Origin: Utricularia gibba
Lineage: Eukaryota > Plantae > Magnoliophyta
Length of the DNA: 64,000 bases
Direction: 5' to 3'
NCBI GenBank assembly: GCA_002189035.1
Contig: NEEC01000018.1
Location: 496,001 to 560,000 of the forward strand
Shown one piece after another: positions 12,495 to 24,482 of this stretch (position 1 is its first letter; the number at the start of each line of letters is the position of its first letter). The notes beneath the pieces were generated by a model. That model saw only the letters and a list, made by a program, of their open reading frames with translations, ran no database searches and was not told the origin of the DNA. The position numbers and the translations under genes were made by a program.

Positions 12495-13049
12495 TGGAGC
12501 AGAAGTAGTAGCTTGCTGAATGAAATTTCAATGGCAAAAGGCTAGCTTTTCATGTAGAACAGTGAGTTGCATCCGGTGCATTCATTTATAGGGGGGAGAA
12601 ACAGAAGAAGAGAAGTGGGGGGAGAGGAGAGTGGGAAGTGGGCATCACCTTCCAACTTACGTGACAGGTTCTCTCAAAAGGAGCGGTTAGAAACAGTCAA
12701 TACCATCTTCCTGTTGCGTTGCGGTTTCTTCTTTTACTCGGTGCTTTGCTTTGACCGAAGTAACAAAGGTTAGTAATTTCCTTGATAACTCAAGCTACGA
12801 GTTATGTACGGAACACAAGGATTTTCACTTCCCTATGTTACTTGAGATGCGTATTCCTAGTGCTGCTGTGTTGTGTGTTTACGTCGCTGGTTGAATCACA
12901 TCTAGTAAAGTGTTATGTTCCGTAATGCATTCTGAGGTCTCTGTAGTATTATACATGCACAATGTACTAAAAGTACGCATCTATCACACGCAGAAGCAAC
13001 TACAGCAAAGCACGCCAAACCAAACCAGAACAAGGACATTGCAATTCCT

Positions 13050-15083
13050 TCAGTCCAGTCGGATTTCGATGTGGTGGGAATCCGACGGTGCATAATCTTC
13101 ACAGTCTGAAACGATCTCGTCGATGCTACGAGGAAGGCTGTTGGTGAACACAAGAGTTGGTTTCACTTTCGGCACGGCCAGTTGGGGCGCTTCATCCTTG
13201 AGAATTTGGAACACTCTCCTCATCGAGGGCCTCTCCAGGCTGTCAGGATTTGCACAACTCAACCCCACGATCAGTAGCTTCTTCAGCCCTGCTTCATCAA
13301 ACTCTTTCTTCATGCGAGCATCTGCTGCCTCCAAAATTCTACCCTCGGAATGCAGATTCCATACCCAGTCCACCAAATTCACCATTTTTTGGCTCTCTCC
13401 TTCCCTCTCAATGGGCCTTCTCCCACAAGCAAGTTCGAGGATGACAACCCCGTAGCTGAAAACATCGGTTTTCTCAGTTGCTTTGCCGTACTGCAGATAC
13501 TCCGGTGCAAGGTATCCCATTGTGCCAGCTGTGAGTGTGGAAACAGGGCTCTTATCATGATCCATAAGCCTTGCCAGTCCAAAGTCACCTAATCTAGCAT
13601 TGTAAGCTGCATCAAGCATGATGTTGCTAGTCTTTACATCTCGGTGAATGACTTGCTGTTCACATTCTTGATGCAGATATGTCAAAGCTGAAGCGAGCCC
13701 GACTGCAATGTTGAATCTCTGAGGCCATTTCAGAGGCTCACCATTTCCAGTATCTTGATACAGCACTTTGTCCAAACTCCCATTAGGCATGAACTCATAT
13801 ACAAGCAAGAGATCTCCTTTTTCCACACACCAACCTTGGAGTTGGACCAAATTTTTGTGCCTCAAGCAAGCAATGATCGACAATTCAGATAAGAATTCAC
13901 TCCTTCCTTCGTGTGTGTGCTTGGATTTTTTGACAGCTGAGAAAGTTCCAGAATCAGGGAAATAAGCTTTGTAAACGGTACCAAAGGCCCCATGCCCAAG
14001 AATCCTACTCTGATGGAATCCTCTGGTTGCAAACTTGAGTTCTCTGTAGCTAAACTGCCTTGGCCCAGGCATCACTCCTGCTTTCAAATTATTCTCCGTT
14101 TTCATGCACCTCCACCTCTTCAGAGAAACCAAGCCGAAAACCACAAGTGCTGCACAGAAGAAAGCAGGAAAACCAACACCAAGACCCAAAGCTATCTTCC
14201 GATGGATATGGTTACTAGATTCATAGAGTGGAATTGGAGGCCTCAGAGGCACTGAATTATCAGATACGTTATGAGGATGAATTCGAGGCCTCGTATGCCG
14301 AAGTCCTGTGGTGTGAAAGCTCCAACTCTCAATATAATGGCGCTCGGTGCTTCCCTCAGTGGAAGCTGAAAATCCGAGAAACATGGACTCCTCTCTCAAG
14401 TAATCAGACAGATCGATATCCACACTCAAGACAGCCTCCTCAGGCTTCAAGCTGGAGTAACTCAAGAACACTTCCAACTTCTTCTGTTCAGCAGAGTAAT
14501 CGATCCAAGAAGTTATCATATTCCCACTCTTCAGATCAACAGCTATAGATATGGGATTTGCAGTTTTAATCGAAACAAGGCTATTGATATCGAGCCCCAC
14601 ATGATTTTCGTCAGGATCTTCGAAATCTATATCCAATTTTGTGTCGAATTCAACAGCAAAGAACCTGCTATTCGTCAATCGTGAAGAGTTGGCGAGGCCC
14701 AAACACCCGCCTGCGCTACCCAGAGTAAGATTATCCGGCGACAAGAAAAACGTCAACCCATCACCGAAAGACGTGGGGTTTATATTTCCAATGGAAAACG
14801 TAAATCTGGTAGAAAACGAAGCGGTGGAATTCGTTTCTTGATCGAAAAAAGAAATGGGGTGGTTGTAAATGACGGAGCCGGAGCTCGAGGAGGGAACTCC
14901 GAGCTCCTGCGTAAGTCCGATGAGTCCATTCCGGAGGTGTGAGTCGCCGAGAAGAGTGAAGTTCCGGAGACTGAAGTAGGGGAACTCAAGATCCACATCG
15001 TATGAAGACCCCTCAATCAAAGGGCTGCAGAAACAAACCCAGGCGAGCAAGAAAACAAGCAGCTTTCTGAAAATGTGGATCAT
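13050..15083 (-). CDS. LECRKS7: L-type lectin receptor-like kinase, LecRK-S.7-like, single exon, 677 aa
   Basis: First ATG at 15083 followed by a signal peptide; legume-lectin domain (AVEFDT, NHVGLD); TM segment; kinase motifs GHGAFG, AVKK, HRDVKTSN, DFGLAR, GYLAPE. Similar to recalled At5g55830 segments (HRKIALGLG, ACLRHKNLVQLQGWC). Confidence 0.93.
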   Translation of the reverse strand: MIHIFRKLLVFLLAWVCFCSPLIEGSSYDVDLEFPYFSLRNFTLLGDSHLRNGLIGLTQELGVPSSSSGSVIYNHPISFFDQETNSTASFSTRFTFSIGNINPTSFGDGLTFFLSPDNLTLGSAGGCLGLANSSRLTNSRFFAVEFDTKLDIDFEDPDENHVGLDINSLVSIKTANPISIAVDLKSGNMITSWIDYSAEQKKLEVFLSYSSLKPEEAVLSVDIDLSDYLREESMFLGFSASTEGSTERHYIESWSFHTTGLRHTRPRIHPHNVSDNSVPLRPPIPLYESSNHIHRKIALGLGVGFPAFFCAALVVFGLVSLKRWRCMKTENNLKAGVMPGPRQFSYRELKFATRGFHQSRILGHGAFGTVYKAYFPDSGTFSAVKKSKHTHEGRSEFLSELSIIACLRHKNLVQLQGWCVEKGDLLLVYEFMPNGSLDKVLYQDTGNGEPLKWPQRFNIAVGLASALTYLHQECEQQVIHRDVKTSNIMLDAAYNARLGDFGLARLMDHDKSPVSTLTAGTMGYLAPEYLQYGKATEKTDVFSYGVVILELACGRRPIEREGESQKMVNLVDWVWNLHSEGRILEAADARMKKEFDEAGLKKLLIVGLSCANPDSLERPSMRRVFQILKDEAPQLAVPKVKPTLVFTNSLPRSIDEIVSDCEDYAPSDSHHIEIRLD

Positions 15084-15765
15084 CGCAGAAACGAATGGAA
15101 AGAAACAAGAAGAAGGAAAGGCGATTCCGGGGAGAGTAGAAAAATGGGTCTCCGTGAGAGATGATGAAGTGGTGGGAAAAATGGGGTTTTGAACAACGGT
15201 TACCAAAAGGGGGGTAGGGGGCTGGAGGAAAATGGAATCAATATTGAATTAAAAAAAGAAAGAAGGAAAGAAAAGGAGGCCCACAGCACAGCACAGATCC
15301 GGACATTGCAACGGTAAGATCGGCACCAAGAGGAGGCCGTACGCAACGCAATCTTGGGGGGGTTGCTCTGATGCTCCGCAGTCTACTACACTACACCACA
15401 CCCATTTCGATTTGTCTTTTAAAATAGCAAGAAGCAAACTATTGGAAGCAATAGCGTTGATGGCGGTTGTCGGAAGCGCTGGGATGGGGATGGGGATGGG
15501 GATAGTCGGACAGTCAGCCGTGGTGCTCTGCTGTCGGGCGGGCAGGGGAGAGGTTTCAAAATAGCCGTTGGCTGTCTGTCCGGCATTTCATTACAGGGTC
15601 TTTGGAATCGGTGGACCGCCAGCTGGCAGACTGCTGATCGCGTGTCTGAACCCTGCCTGCTGCGCAATATTTGAACAGTACCCCAAATGCTCTTGAGTGT
15701 GTACTCTATATTCATTTGTAAATGTTGTCCAATATGATTTTATGAATATATTTTACAAGCAAAGC

Positions 15766-16238
15766 TTTTATTTGCCCCTGCCCCTGCCCCTGCCCTGCCT
15801 ATGGCCTCTCTTTCATTCCCCCAACACGAATGAATAATCAAAGGGACGGGAAGGGGCGATAATAATGAGGGAATTTGGGCCGAGGGGCCGCACCCGCACC
15901 CAGTCATCCTTCCATCTATTACTATTAGTCGGAGGGGCTAGCTACACATGCCACCAACCAACACTGTTCGTCCGAATTGGTGGCATGAAATTTTTTAGAA
16001 AATTAGTTTGCAAAATACCGGATTTTGAATTCAATTTATAAATATACATTTGCCACGCACAGGTTTTATTTGCCCCTGCCCAGGGCCTCTCTTTCTTTCT
16101 TGCCTGCGAATTGGGAAATTGCGTTCATTCTTCCGGCACGAGTAATCAAAGGGCTGAGGGGCCAGACATTCATCCTTCAATCTAATTGTCATTACTTTGT
16201 CTGCGTTCAGGCTGGGCCTGGGGGGGTTGCTACACACA
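15766..16238. repeat. diverged direct duplication upstream of LecRK (copies about 15766-15950 and 16064-16238)
   Basis: Six identical blocks in the same order in both copies: TTTTATTTGCCCCTGCCC, GGCCTCTCTTTC, TAATCAAAGGG, GAGGGGCC, TCATCCTTC, GCTACACA. Confidence 0.8.
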
Positions 16239-18559
16239 CCGGGAAACACAGTTTATTATTTTTATACTCCCACTGTATTTAAGGTGAATTTATAAAGTAT
16301 ACACTCAATGCTTGAGTGAGACAGTAAAATTGTTTTTTATTCAATTTATATTAAAGAAAAACCATATAAATTCATGTTATTTCCATGAACGCTGATGTGG
16401 ATTTTCATTTTGCTATCTATTTACTTTTTATATAAATTTGATAAATGATATGGAAAATATGAATTTGTATTAAATATATGATAATTAAAAATAAAACACA
16501 GTTATACAACTTTAAAAAATATAATTAATTTTAATATTAATTTCCGTTTTTTTAAATTGAGAAAAATTATATTGTAACTAGTCACCCATACATGTAACAC
16601 TGAATAGTAAACATATTAAAAAAAATTAAAATCTAGGAATAATGTGAATGTTAATATATATGCATTATTTTTAAGTTGATTCTATGTATAATCAATATAA
16701 ATGTGACTAAATATAATTCACAATTCAATAGATTTTAATCAATATATTTATTATAAATAAATTTAAACATACAATCAATATTCAATACAATGTAATTAAA
16801 TATGATTAATATAACCTCTATATGTAATCATTTGGAATGTTTGCATCATTTTATGAAAAAAATTTAACATTCTTTGAAATGTATTTTTCTTATGTGGTTT
16901 TTTATTCAATTGTCTTGATGGATTGAAGTTCAGGTGTTACAGCCATTCTTATATAGAGCCATGTGATGGTGGAATTGGCTTGAAGTTTTGTTCATGAGAC
17001 ATATCTATTGATAATCTATGTGGTTATGAATGACTTTGATTTTTTTTTTCTTTCATATGTGTAAATCATGTGTTTGCATGTCTACATTTTACTCTATTTA
17101 CCTTCATTGGAAAATATGTAATAGGATAACGTCAATGGTGAACATATGGACCATGTTGTGGGTTAATAGAAATGTCCGAAGGGACAAATGACGTGTAGTG
17201 AGTGTAGGGGTAGGCTCAACTGCGGTGGTGTTAGGCGAGGAGTGTGATAGTGGGTGGCGACGGGACTGGTGGTGGGAGCTTGCTAATAGTAGGTGTTGTC
17301 AATGATAATAATTTACTAATATAATTTAGGAAAAATTAATGTTTAATTATGGGGATTCATTTTGACATTTTAAAAAACAATAGGAAATGTATCTTGTCAA
17401 TAATGAGGACTAATTATATCAAGCATTTGAATAGTAGGGATCAACTATACCAAAATTAGAAGTTGTTGGGATTATATTTGTTCGATATTTTAAAATTTGA
17501 TACTTGTTCAATCTTGGGGAAAATTACCAAACATGTCATATTTGCTTTTTTCATTTACGATTTTAGACATTATTATTTTGAAATATCAAAATTAGCTCAA
17601 ACTATTTCATTTGTTGCAAAATACAACCTTTATGTTTACAAAATGTTCATTTATTTCAGTTTGTAATGATAATATATAGTTAACTCACACGCCCCTCTTT
17701 CAATTACCGCAAAAATCAAGCTTGAACTCTAACCATCTGGGGAGACATTGAAATTTGTCTTCGATTGTGTTCAGGGTCGTATGATGAGGTAGATCTGATT
17801 CCCCCAATCGCTATTTTTTATTTTATATAGATAGTTTTGCATCTGGGTGTATATGATTTGGGATGCTATAATGATAGGAAAGGGATTTCTTGAATGGTAC
17901 CATATTATTTTGTCCAATTTTGAATGATGAGGGTTTAGCCGAGGATGATGCTATATACTTGGTTATTTCTACTCCACTAGTAAATTTACAGTCTGAGATT
18001 TGTGTATGTAGTTTAGGTAGGAGATTGTGTGAGTTGCATAGTTGGCCAATTGTGATAAATGTCTAGTTTTGGTAAGTTCTTAAGCGTTGAAGCTACATAT
18101 TTTAGACAACAAAATATTGATCATATAGAATAAGAATATCTTACACTAGTTAAAAACAAATTCAAGCTAATCTCTACATAATCTAATTCATAATAGTTCA
18201 TATATTCAAAAGGTTTTTGGATGATTCATTCACGGGTCCTATAATGCACCAATCTCCCTTGCAAACTTCTGAACCTAAAGTTGCTTGAACTAGTTTTTCT
18301 TCATCTGCACATGTACACTATATTACATTGACTACTTTCAAAAGTGGCAACAACATATGGACTCTTAACTTACAAAGTAAGATGATCTTTTTAGCTCATA
18401 GGTTTCTGGTGCACATTGCAAAAACAACATGATATAGTATAACAAAAAATAATCACACTCACTACCCCCAACTTGCTTGGGCATAGTAAGTAATGTAATG
18501 ATATCTTGCAATAAACCCCTAAAGGTTCTTTAGGCTTCAATAGGTTTAATAGTGCATGC

Positions 18560-19000
18560 ACAAAGCTATAGGCCACAATACCTGATGGTAATTCTGCAAG
18601 TGTACAGAAACCGTTGAAGTAATAAAATAAGATCGTATCCACAGGGAATTGTTATTGGAATTTTCCTTTCAAAACAAAGATTTAAAAAGACTAAAAACAA
18701 AAGAAAGATTGAGTTTTGAATGATATAGGACCAATTCAGTTGTTATCCAAGAGTCTTTGACCGAGTTTTCATCCGGATAGACCAAATCTTTGACTCCATC
18801 AAGGTCAACTCGAAAATCCTCCAAATTGTGCCAAAATTGTCCTAAAAAATCACAAAACACACTTTCTCTCCAAAAAGATAAAAGTAGTATAAAAGATATA
18901 AAATTCTTCTAAAAACATAAGGAAAGTGGGATAAAAAGAATGTAAAACCCATCTAAGTGGATCCTAAAAAGCACAAATATAAGTGACACAAAATCACTTA
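18560..19000 (-). mobile_element. possible Athila-type Ty3/gypsy LTR fragment
   Basis: Contains CTGCAAGTGTACAGA...GATCGTATCCACAGGGAATT (18631-18650), resembling recalled Athila LTR-end motifs. No partner LTR or TSD found; bounds approximate. Confidence 0.3.
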
Positions 19001-22000
19001 TCAATACCTAAGGTTAGAACATATGTAGCAAATACCAATATGAATGACTTACTCTCTAATACTGTTATGCTTATCACTTTGATTGTCACGACCCAAAGAA
19101 TCCAAGGCAATCATGCATCATTTTACTCTCGTTTCCATGTTGCACAAGATGAGTAACCACCAATGATACTTATAGTGCACATGTAGAAAATAAATTACAA
19201 CATGTGCTATTATTAGCAGCTATTTTAACTGCTGTATCTTTCTATCATGGGGATCATTATATATTTCTTGGAAAACATTGGCATCTTATTGTTGTGCATC
19301 ATTGAATTTGGTGTTGGATTTTCTTTGATAGTCATTCTAGTGACTAAGTCATCAATGAACAAAAAGTTATTAATTCATGATGATGAGATAACATTAATTA
19401 CCCTCCTGCAAAACACAACAAGAAAATCATTAACGTCACTGATAATTGTTGTTGTAATATCATTACTTTTAAACAACTATGTTCATTTGTCATACTGTAA
19501 CAAAATTGGAAACATGTTTGTTTTCATCTTTGGATATTTATGTAAGGTGTAGGTTTCATCAGGGTTCGATTCCTCTTGATACCTTGTCAATAGAAGAATA
19601 GACTAAGAAATTGATGTGACTTATCACATTATTATAGGTAAATACCAAAAGTGAAAACATGAAGTCTATTAATTACTTGTTTCATTATTATTTCCATTAG
19701 AAATTGTGAATGTGTTGTTCACATTTGAGATTTGGATGCTTAGCTGCCCACTAGAGATATTTTTTGGAAACTCTATGATATTAAACTTCATAGCTAGTCA
19801 TTAGCTCATTAATCGATGTATAAATTTTGTCATATTATGAATGTCTTGTCTTTAATGGTGCAATCTGTTTTATTTGTTGTGCTGATTAGCTTAGCTTCCA
19901 TAGTGTTCCCTCCTATAGCATGAAATTTTTTCATGGGACGCACTCAATCAATATGGACTTTAAGGTTGCAATATGCATAGGAAGAGGTAGGATGCCAGAA
20001 GCATATGGATGACTGATAGTTGCTATTCTTGCAAAAGGGGCAGACTGCATGATTGTTCATCTTGTTTGCGTTGGTAAGCTATAGAATAAGTTTCTTGTGT
20101 AGGTTTTATTGAGTCAGTGTCCCTTCCTTAACTTCGAGAGGGTAAGTAATTTTGAGTCATATTTAACATTCTTTTAAAGATTTCATATTATCTCACTATT
20201 TAGCCTCCTCTTCTAATTCACTTAGGTGTTCCAACAATTTTTTTTGAAAGATATAGAGTATATCACTATAACTCAAAGTGTAGTGACAATTGGTACTTAA
20301 GTGTGTCGTGGAGAGCTAAGGATGTTGGACTTGACTAGTCTATTGTCCATAGTTTTTTCCAGAGTCCGTAACTCAGTAACATCCTTGGTTAATATATAAA
20401 AAAATTGTAAGTTAGTTATACGTGGTGCAAATTTTAAGTTGTAAAAGAGTTTCAATTATCTCTGAATGCGATTTTTTCGAACTTCTGTATTTTCCTCATA
20501 GAGTTTATCTAGTTTTAACAAGATTTCTCTAGGGTTCTTTATATTCATGATTATGGTAAATAATTATTCAGACAAGAGTTGATCCAAACTATACTTGGCC
20601 TCTTTGATTTGAGAATCATTGACCTTATTTGAGTGTGATGGCTCTATGGTAGGTGGAGATGTACAAGTAGAATCCACTAACATACAGATGTCGTTCATAT
20701 GCAAGTACCCCTCCATCCGGACGATCTAAGAAGCATTACTTTGTTCATTAAATATTGGAGGGGATTGTTATAGGGTGGTCATAGTTTCCAGCACATTGAA
20801 GATTTGAGAAGTGAAGTGAGGAAGAGTATAATGAGGGCGGAGTAAAACTATGAAGGTAGTATTCACGTCGGGTTCACCATGATAGACAATACTTTGTATG
20901 AGTTTGAAGTTGTAGTGAGAAAGAGGGAAGAAGTGTATCGAAAGCATATATGTAATTTTAGGAGAATAAAAATATGTTGCAATCAAAGTTTGAAGATGTA
21001 TTAATTTACAGTTTCACAAGTCGTATAGGCCATTTATATAGATAATAAAACTAGTCGTTAACTCATTGTTTATTACATAGATTTTGTCATGTAATGAGTG
21101 TCTTGTCTTCAATGATGCAATTGTGGAATATGCTTGGGAAACAACATACTTTAACGCACTTGGATTTGGGCTGACCTCATTTTCATAAATAGGTTGGATG
21201 CTTTTGAAGTTGATAGGGTCCAATAAGATTAAACTCAATTCAGTCGCATAATACTTCTACTTCAACAAAGTCTTTTTTGGGATCATCGTACATGATCTTT
21301 CAATTCTATTGATATTCAAGTTCAATAATAGTTTCAATTCCATCCTTACACTTCAATAGAACTATTGTCGCATTGTCACATGGTACACAACTATCATTTT
21401 TTTTAAAAAAAATTCAATTTGAAAAATGCCTTAATTTTATAATATATCCTAATTTTTTAATTCAAAATACTTTTTTATTTTTTAAAATAACCAAATTACT
21501 TGTTATTCTTTTCATTTTCTTCAAAAAAAATTTTTGAGTAAGAAATGAATTTCAAATAGGGGCCGATTTTCGCAAAAAATGTGAGTAGAAACATGACAAA
21601 ATGAAATGATTTCTATAAAAAGAATTTATTCTTTAATTGAAGTCATGTTTTTATTTTGAAATTATGTAGTATATTATATAGTGAATGAGTTTTAAAATTA
21701 TATAAATAAAATCAATTTGATATTGTAAAACCATTTATTTTATAAAATAACATTGTATTATAAAGTATATTATAAGTTTTAATGCTATAATATAAATATA
21801 TTTTTAGAATGAATAAAGTAATTAATATAATTTTCTAATTAATTTTAATTAATGGAAATAATTTTTGAGGTTAATCAATAAATCTAAATTTTTGATTTTA
21901 TTACAAAATACCTAAAGATTAGAATTTTCAAAAATAAAATTATCCTGTATAAATGAGTTTATTTAAAACTACATTTTACCTGTATTTTGTTTAATACTAA

Positions 22001-22146
22001 TTTTAATCTTATTAATAAAAAACTAATTTTTCTACATCAATTTTATTTTATTTAAGTCAACGAAATGCTAATTTTCCGCGCCACGCCCATGTTGTGCTTA
22101 CATTATGTGGCGGCGGATTAGTTGAAGCGATTTCGCCTGAATTCAC

Positions 22147-24177
22147 ATGCCTTCTTCCTCGAGAATCAGAAGCACCTATACTCACACCCGAGGCATCAGC
22201 TTCAGCATTTCTCGAGTGAATCCTTCGGCATTCTCAATCCTGCCTAACAGAAGAAAGCCCAAGGCAGCGTCTCCTTCTTGTGGTTGGAAAACGACTCACA
22301 GGTTCGTGCTTTCAAATCCTACGCTCTCACTCCTCGAATCCAAATGCACGTCTATGTTCCACTTGAAGCAGCTGCAATCTCAAATGATCGTATCTGGGCT
22401 TGCTGCTGATGGCTTGGCTTACAGTCGATTGATAGCTTTTTCTGCACTTTCTCCAACGGGCGATCTTGATTACTCCAAGAGGTTACTGTTTGCAATGCAG
22501 AATCCAAACGTTTTCTCTTGGAACATAGCGATAAGAGGTTTGAGTGAGAGCCGGAGTCCGTGGGAAGCTTTGATTTTGTATAAAAAGATGCTGGTTCTCG
22601 TCAGTTTAAGGCCTGATCATTACACATTTCCTCTACTGTTGAAGATTTGTACCAACTTTTCGTTTTTTTACATGGGGCATGAGATTCTTGGACATGTGTT
22701 GAAGATGAATCATGAAAGGGACACATACGTGCACAATTCCTTGATTCATTTTTTGGTTTGTTGCGGAGAGTTGGAGGCTGCACAGCAACTGTTCGATAGA
22801 AGTTCTGACAGAGACCTTGTTTCATGGAACTCTTTAATTAATGGGTATGTAAGGAGTGGAAGAGCAAATGAAGCTCTGACGCTATACAGGGAATTGGAGA
22901 TGGATGGCGGAGTTGAACCAGACGAGGTAACGATGATCGGAGTTGTCACAGCATGCACACAACTACAGGATCTGGCCCTTGGCTATGAATTTCACGTTTA
23001 CTTTGAGAAACTTGGACTGAAGATGTCCACTCGTCTGATTAATGCACTTCTGTACATGTATGTTAAATGTGGGGCACTAGAACAAGCTAAAGCCCTGTTT
23101 GAGCAAATGAAGGAGAAGAGTGTGGTGAGCTGGACAACCATGATTGTGGGGTATGCAAAATACGGGCATTTGGACGTTGCTCGGAGACTGTTCGACATGA
23201 TGCCTGAGAAGGATGTCGTACCTTGGAATGCACTAATAAGTGCTTACGTCCAAAGTCAGCGTGGAAAAGATGCATTATCACTGTTCCATGAGATGCAGGG
23301 GATGAACGTTGAGCCTGATGAGGTGACGATGACGAGCTGCTTATCAGCCTGTGCCCAGCTCGGGGCGCTCGATTTGGGGATTTGGATACACAGATACATT
23401 GAGAAACACACGCTGTCTTTGACTGTTGTTGTGGGAACAGCGCTGGTCGATATGTACGCCAAATGTGGCAACATCCAGAAGGCACTTCAAGTTTTTCATG
23501 AGATACCCGGGAGAAATGCACTGACGTACACTGCACTCATCGGTGGTCTGGCCCTTCACGGGGACGCCAAGGATGCGCTGTCCTTCTTCTTTGAGATGGT
23601 TAGTTTCGGTTTGATCCCAGACGAAGTGACATTTCTTGGAGTTCTGTCCGCTTGCTGCCATGGAGGCTTAGTCGACGATGGCCGGAGATTGTTCTCTCAA
23701 ATGAGCTCCGAGTATGGCATCCGCCCCCAAATCAAGCACTACTCCTGCATGGTTGATCTTCTCGGAAGGGCTGGTCTTCTCCAGGAGGCTGTGGATCTCG
23801 TTGAGAGTATGCCTATGGAGGCAGACGCAGCTGTTTGGGGAGCCTTGTTCTTTGCCTGTCGAATGCATCGGAATGTCGAGGTGGGCGAGAGGGCTGCACG
23901 TAAGCTGCTGGAGTTAGATCCTGGTGACAGTGGGATATACGTTCTGCTGTCGAATATGTACGTAGAAGCAAATCAACGACACAGGGCGGTGGAGGTGAGG
24001 AAGATGATGAGGGAAAGGAAAGTGGACAAGACTCCTGGTTGCAGCTCCATTGAGGTGAATGGGAAGCTGTATGAATTCACAGTACGAGATAAGTTCCACA
24101 TTCAATCCGAGGAGATACTCAGGTGTTTGGCCGTCTTGTCATCACAAATCGAGCTCATCGAATCTGGTCAAGAATGA
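22147..24177 (+). CDS. SLO1: PLS-class PPR protein with E/E+ domains and no DYW; SLO1 (At2g22410)-like mitochondrial editing factor, 676 aa
   Basis: Single-exon ORF with PPR motifs (D/S-V-V-S-WN/WT), E domain with PG box (KTPGCSSIEVNG). N-terminal THRFVLSNPTLSLLE...HLKQLQSQMI...SRLIAF..LS...LDYS matches the recalled SLO1 N-terminus. Confidence 0.85.
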   Translation: MPSSSRIRSTYTHTRGISFSISRVNPSAFSILPNRRKPKAASPSCGWKTTHRFVLSNPTLSLLESKCTSMFHLKQLQSQMIVSGLAADGLAYSRLIAFSALSPTGDLDYSKRLLFAMQNPNVFSWNIAIRGLSESRSPWEALILYKKMLVLVSLRPDHYTFPLLLKICTNFSFFYMGHEILGHVLKMNHERDTYVHNSLIHFLVCCGELEAAQQLFDRSSDRDLVSWNSLINGYVRSGRANEALTLYRELEMDGGVEPDEVTMIGVVTACTQLQDLALGYEFHVYFEKLGLKMSTRLINALLYMYVKCGALEQAKALFEQMKEKSVVSWTTMIVGYAKYGHLDVARRLFDMMPEKDVVPWNALISAYVQSQRGKDALSLFHEMQGMNVEPDEVTMTSCLSACAQLGALDLGIWIHRYIEKHTLSLTVVVGTALVDMYAKCGNIQKALQVFHEIPGRNALTYTALIGGLALHGDAKDALSFFFEMVSFGLIPDEVTFLGVLSACCHGGLVDDGRRLFSQMSSEYGIRPQIKHYSCMVDLLGRAGLLQEAVDLVESMPMEADAAVWGALFFACRMHRNVEVGERAARKLLELDPGDSGIYVLLSNMYVEANQRHRAVEVRKMMRERKVDKTPGCSSIEVNGKLYEFTVRDKFHIQSEEILRCLAVLSSQIELIESGQE

Positions 24178-24482
24178 TGCATTATCTTCATGAAGGAAAC
24201 ATACGTACTTGAAGAGAGAGGGAAGCACTTGGCCATCAAGGACTTTTACGAAATAGTTCACAAGCAGCATACAACGGCTCCGACCCAAAATTGGTTTTGA
24301 GATCAGCAGTCCATAATGAGTCAGACACGGGCACTGAACAACAAGAATCCAAAAAATGTCTAGCTACTTCTCTCGATCTCTTGGAAATCATAATTCACAT
24401 ATGCTTGCATGAAGTTTACGAGCAGTTTAATGGAAGGTAATACCTTGATGGATGTAGATGCAAGATTATGTGCCATCGAATG

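Noticed and set aside
13123-14841. Numerous plus-strand ORFs of 60-110 aa opposite LecRK
   Set aside because: Antisense shadows of a long coding region; no recognisable motifs. The same applies to ORFs opposite the PPR, SRP72 and Copia sequences.
15084-15206. 41-aa N-terminal extension of LecRK in the ORF track
   Set aside because: It starts at TTG; the first ATG (15083) directly precedes a normal signal peptide.
16400-22050. Mutator-like TIR patches (~17.3-17.7 kb) and short AT-rich ORFs
   Set aside because: Probably TE debris, but I could not pair termini or recognise domains; the ORFs are low-complexity.
8693-24177. Co-location of two mitochondrial RNA factors (PARN/AHG2-like and SLO1-like) as a functional cluster
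   Set aside because: Only two genes, separated by unrelated ENODL and LecRK; PPR genes are abundant, so chance suffices.
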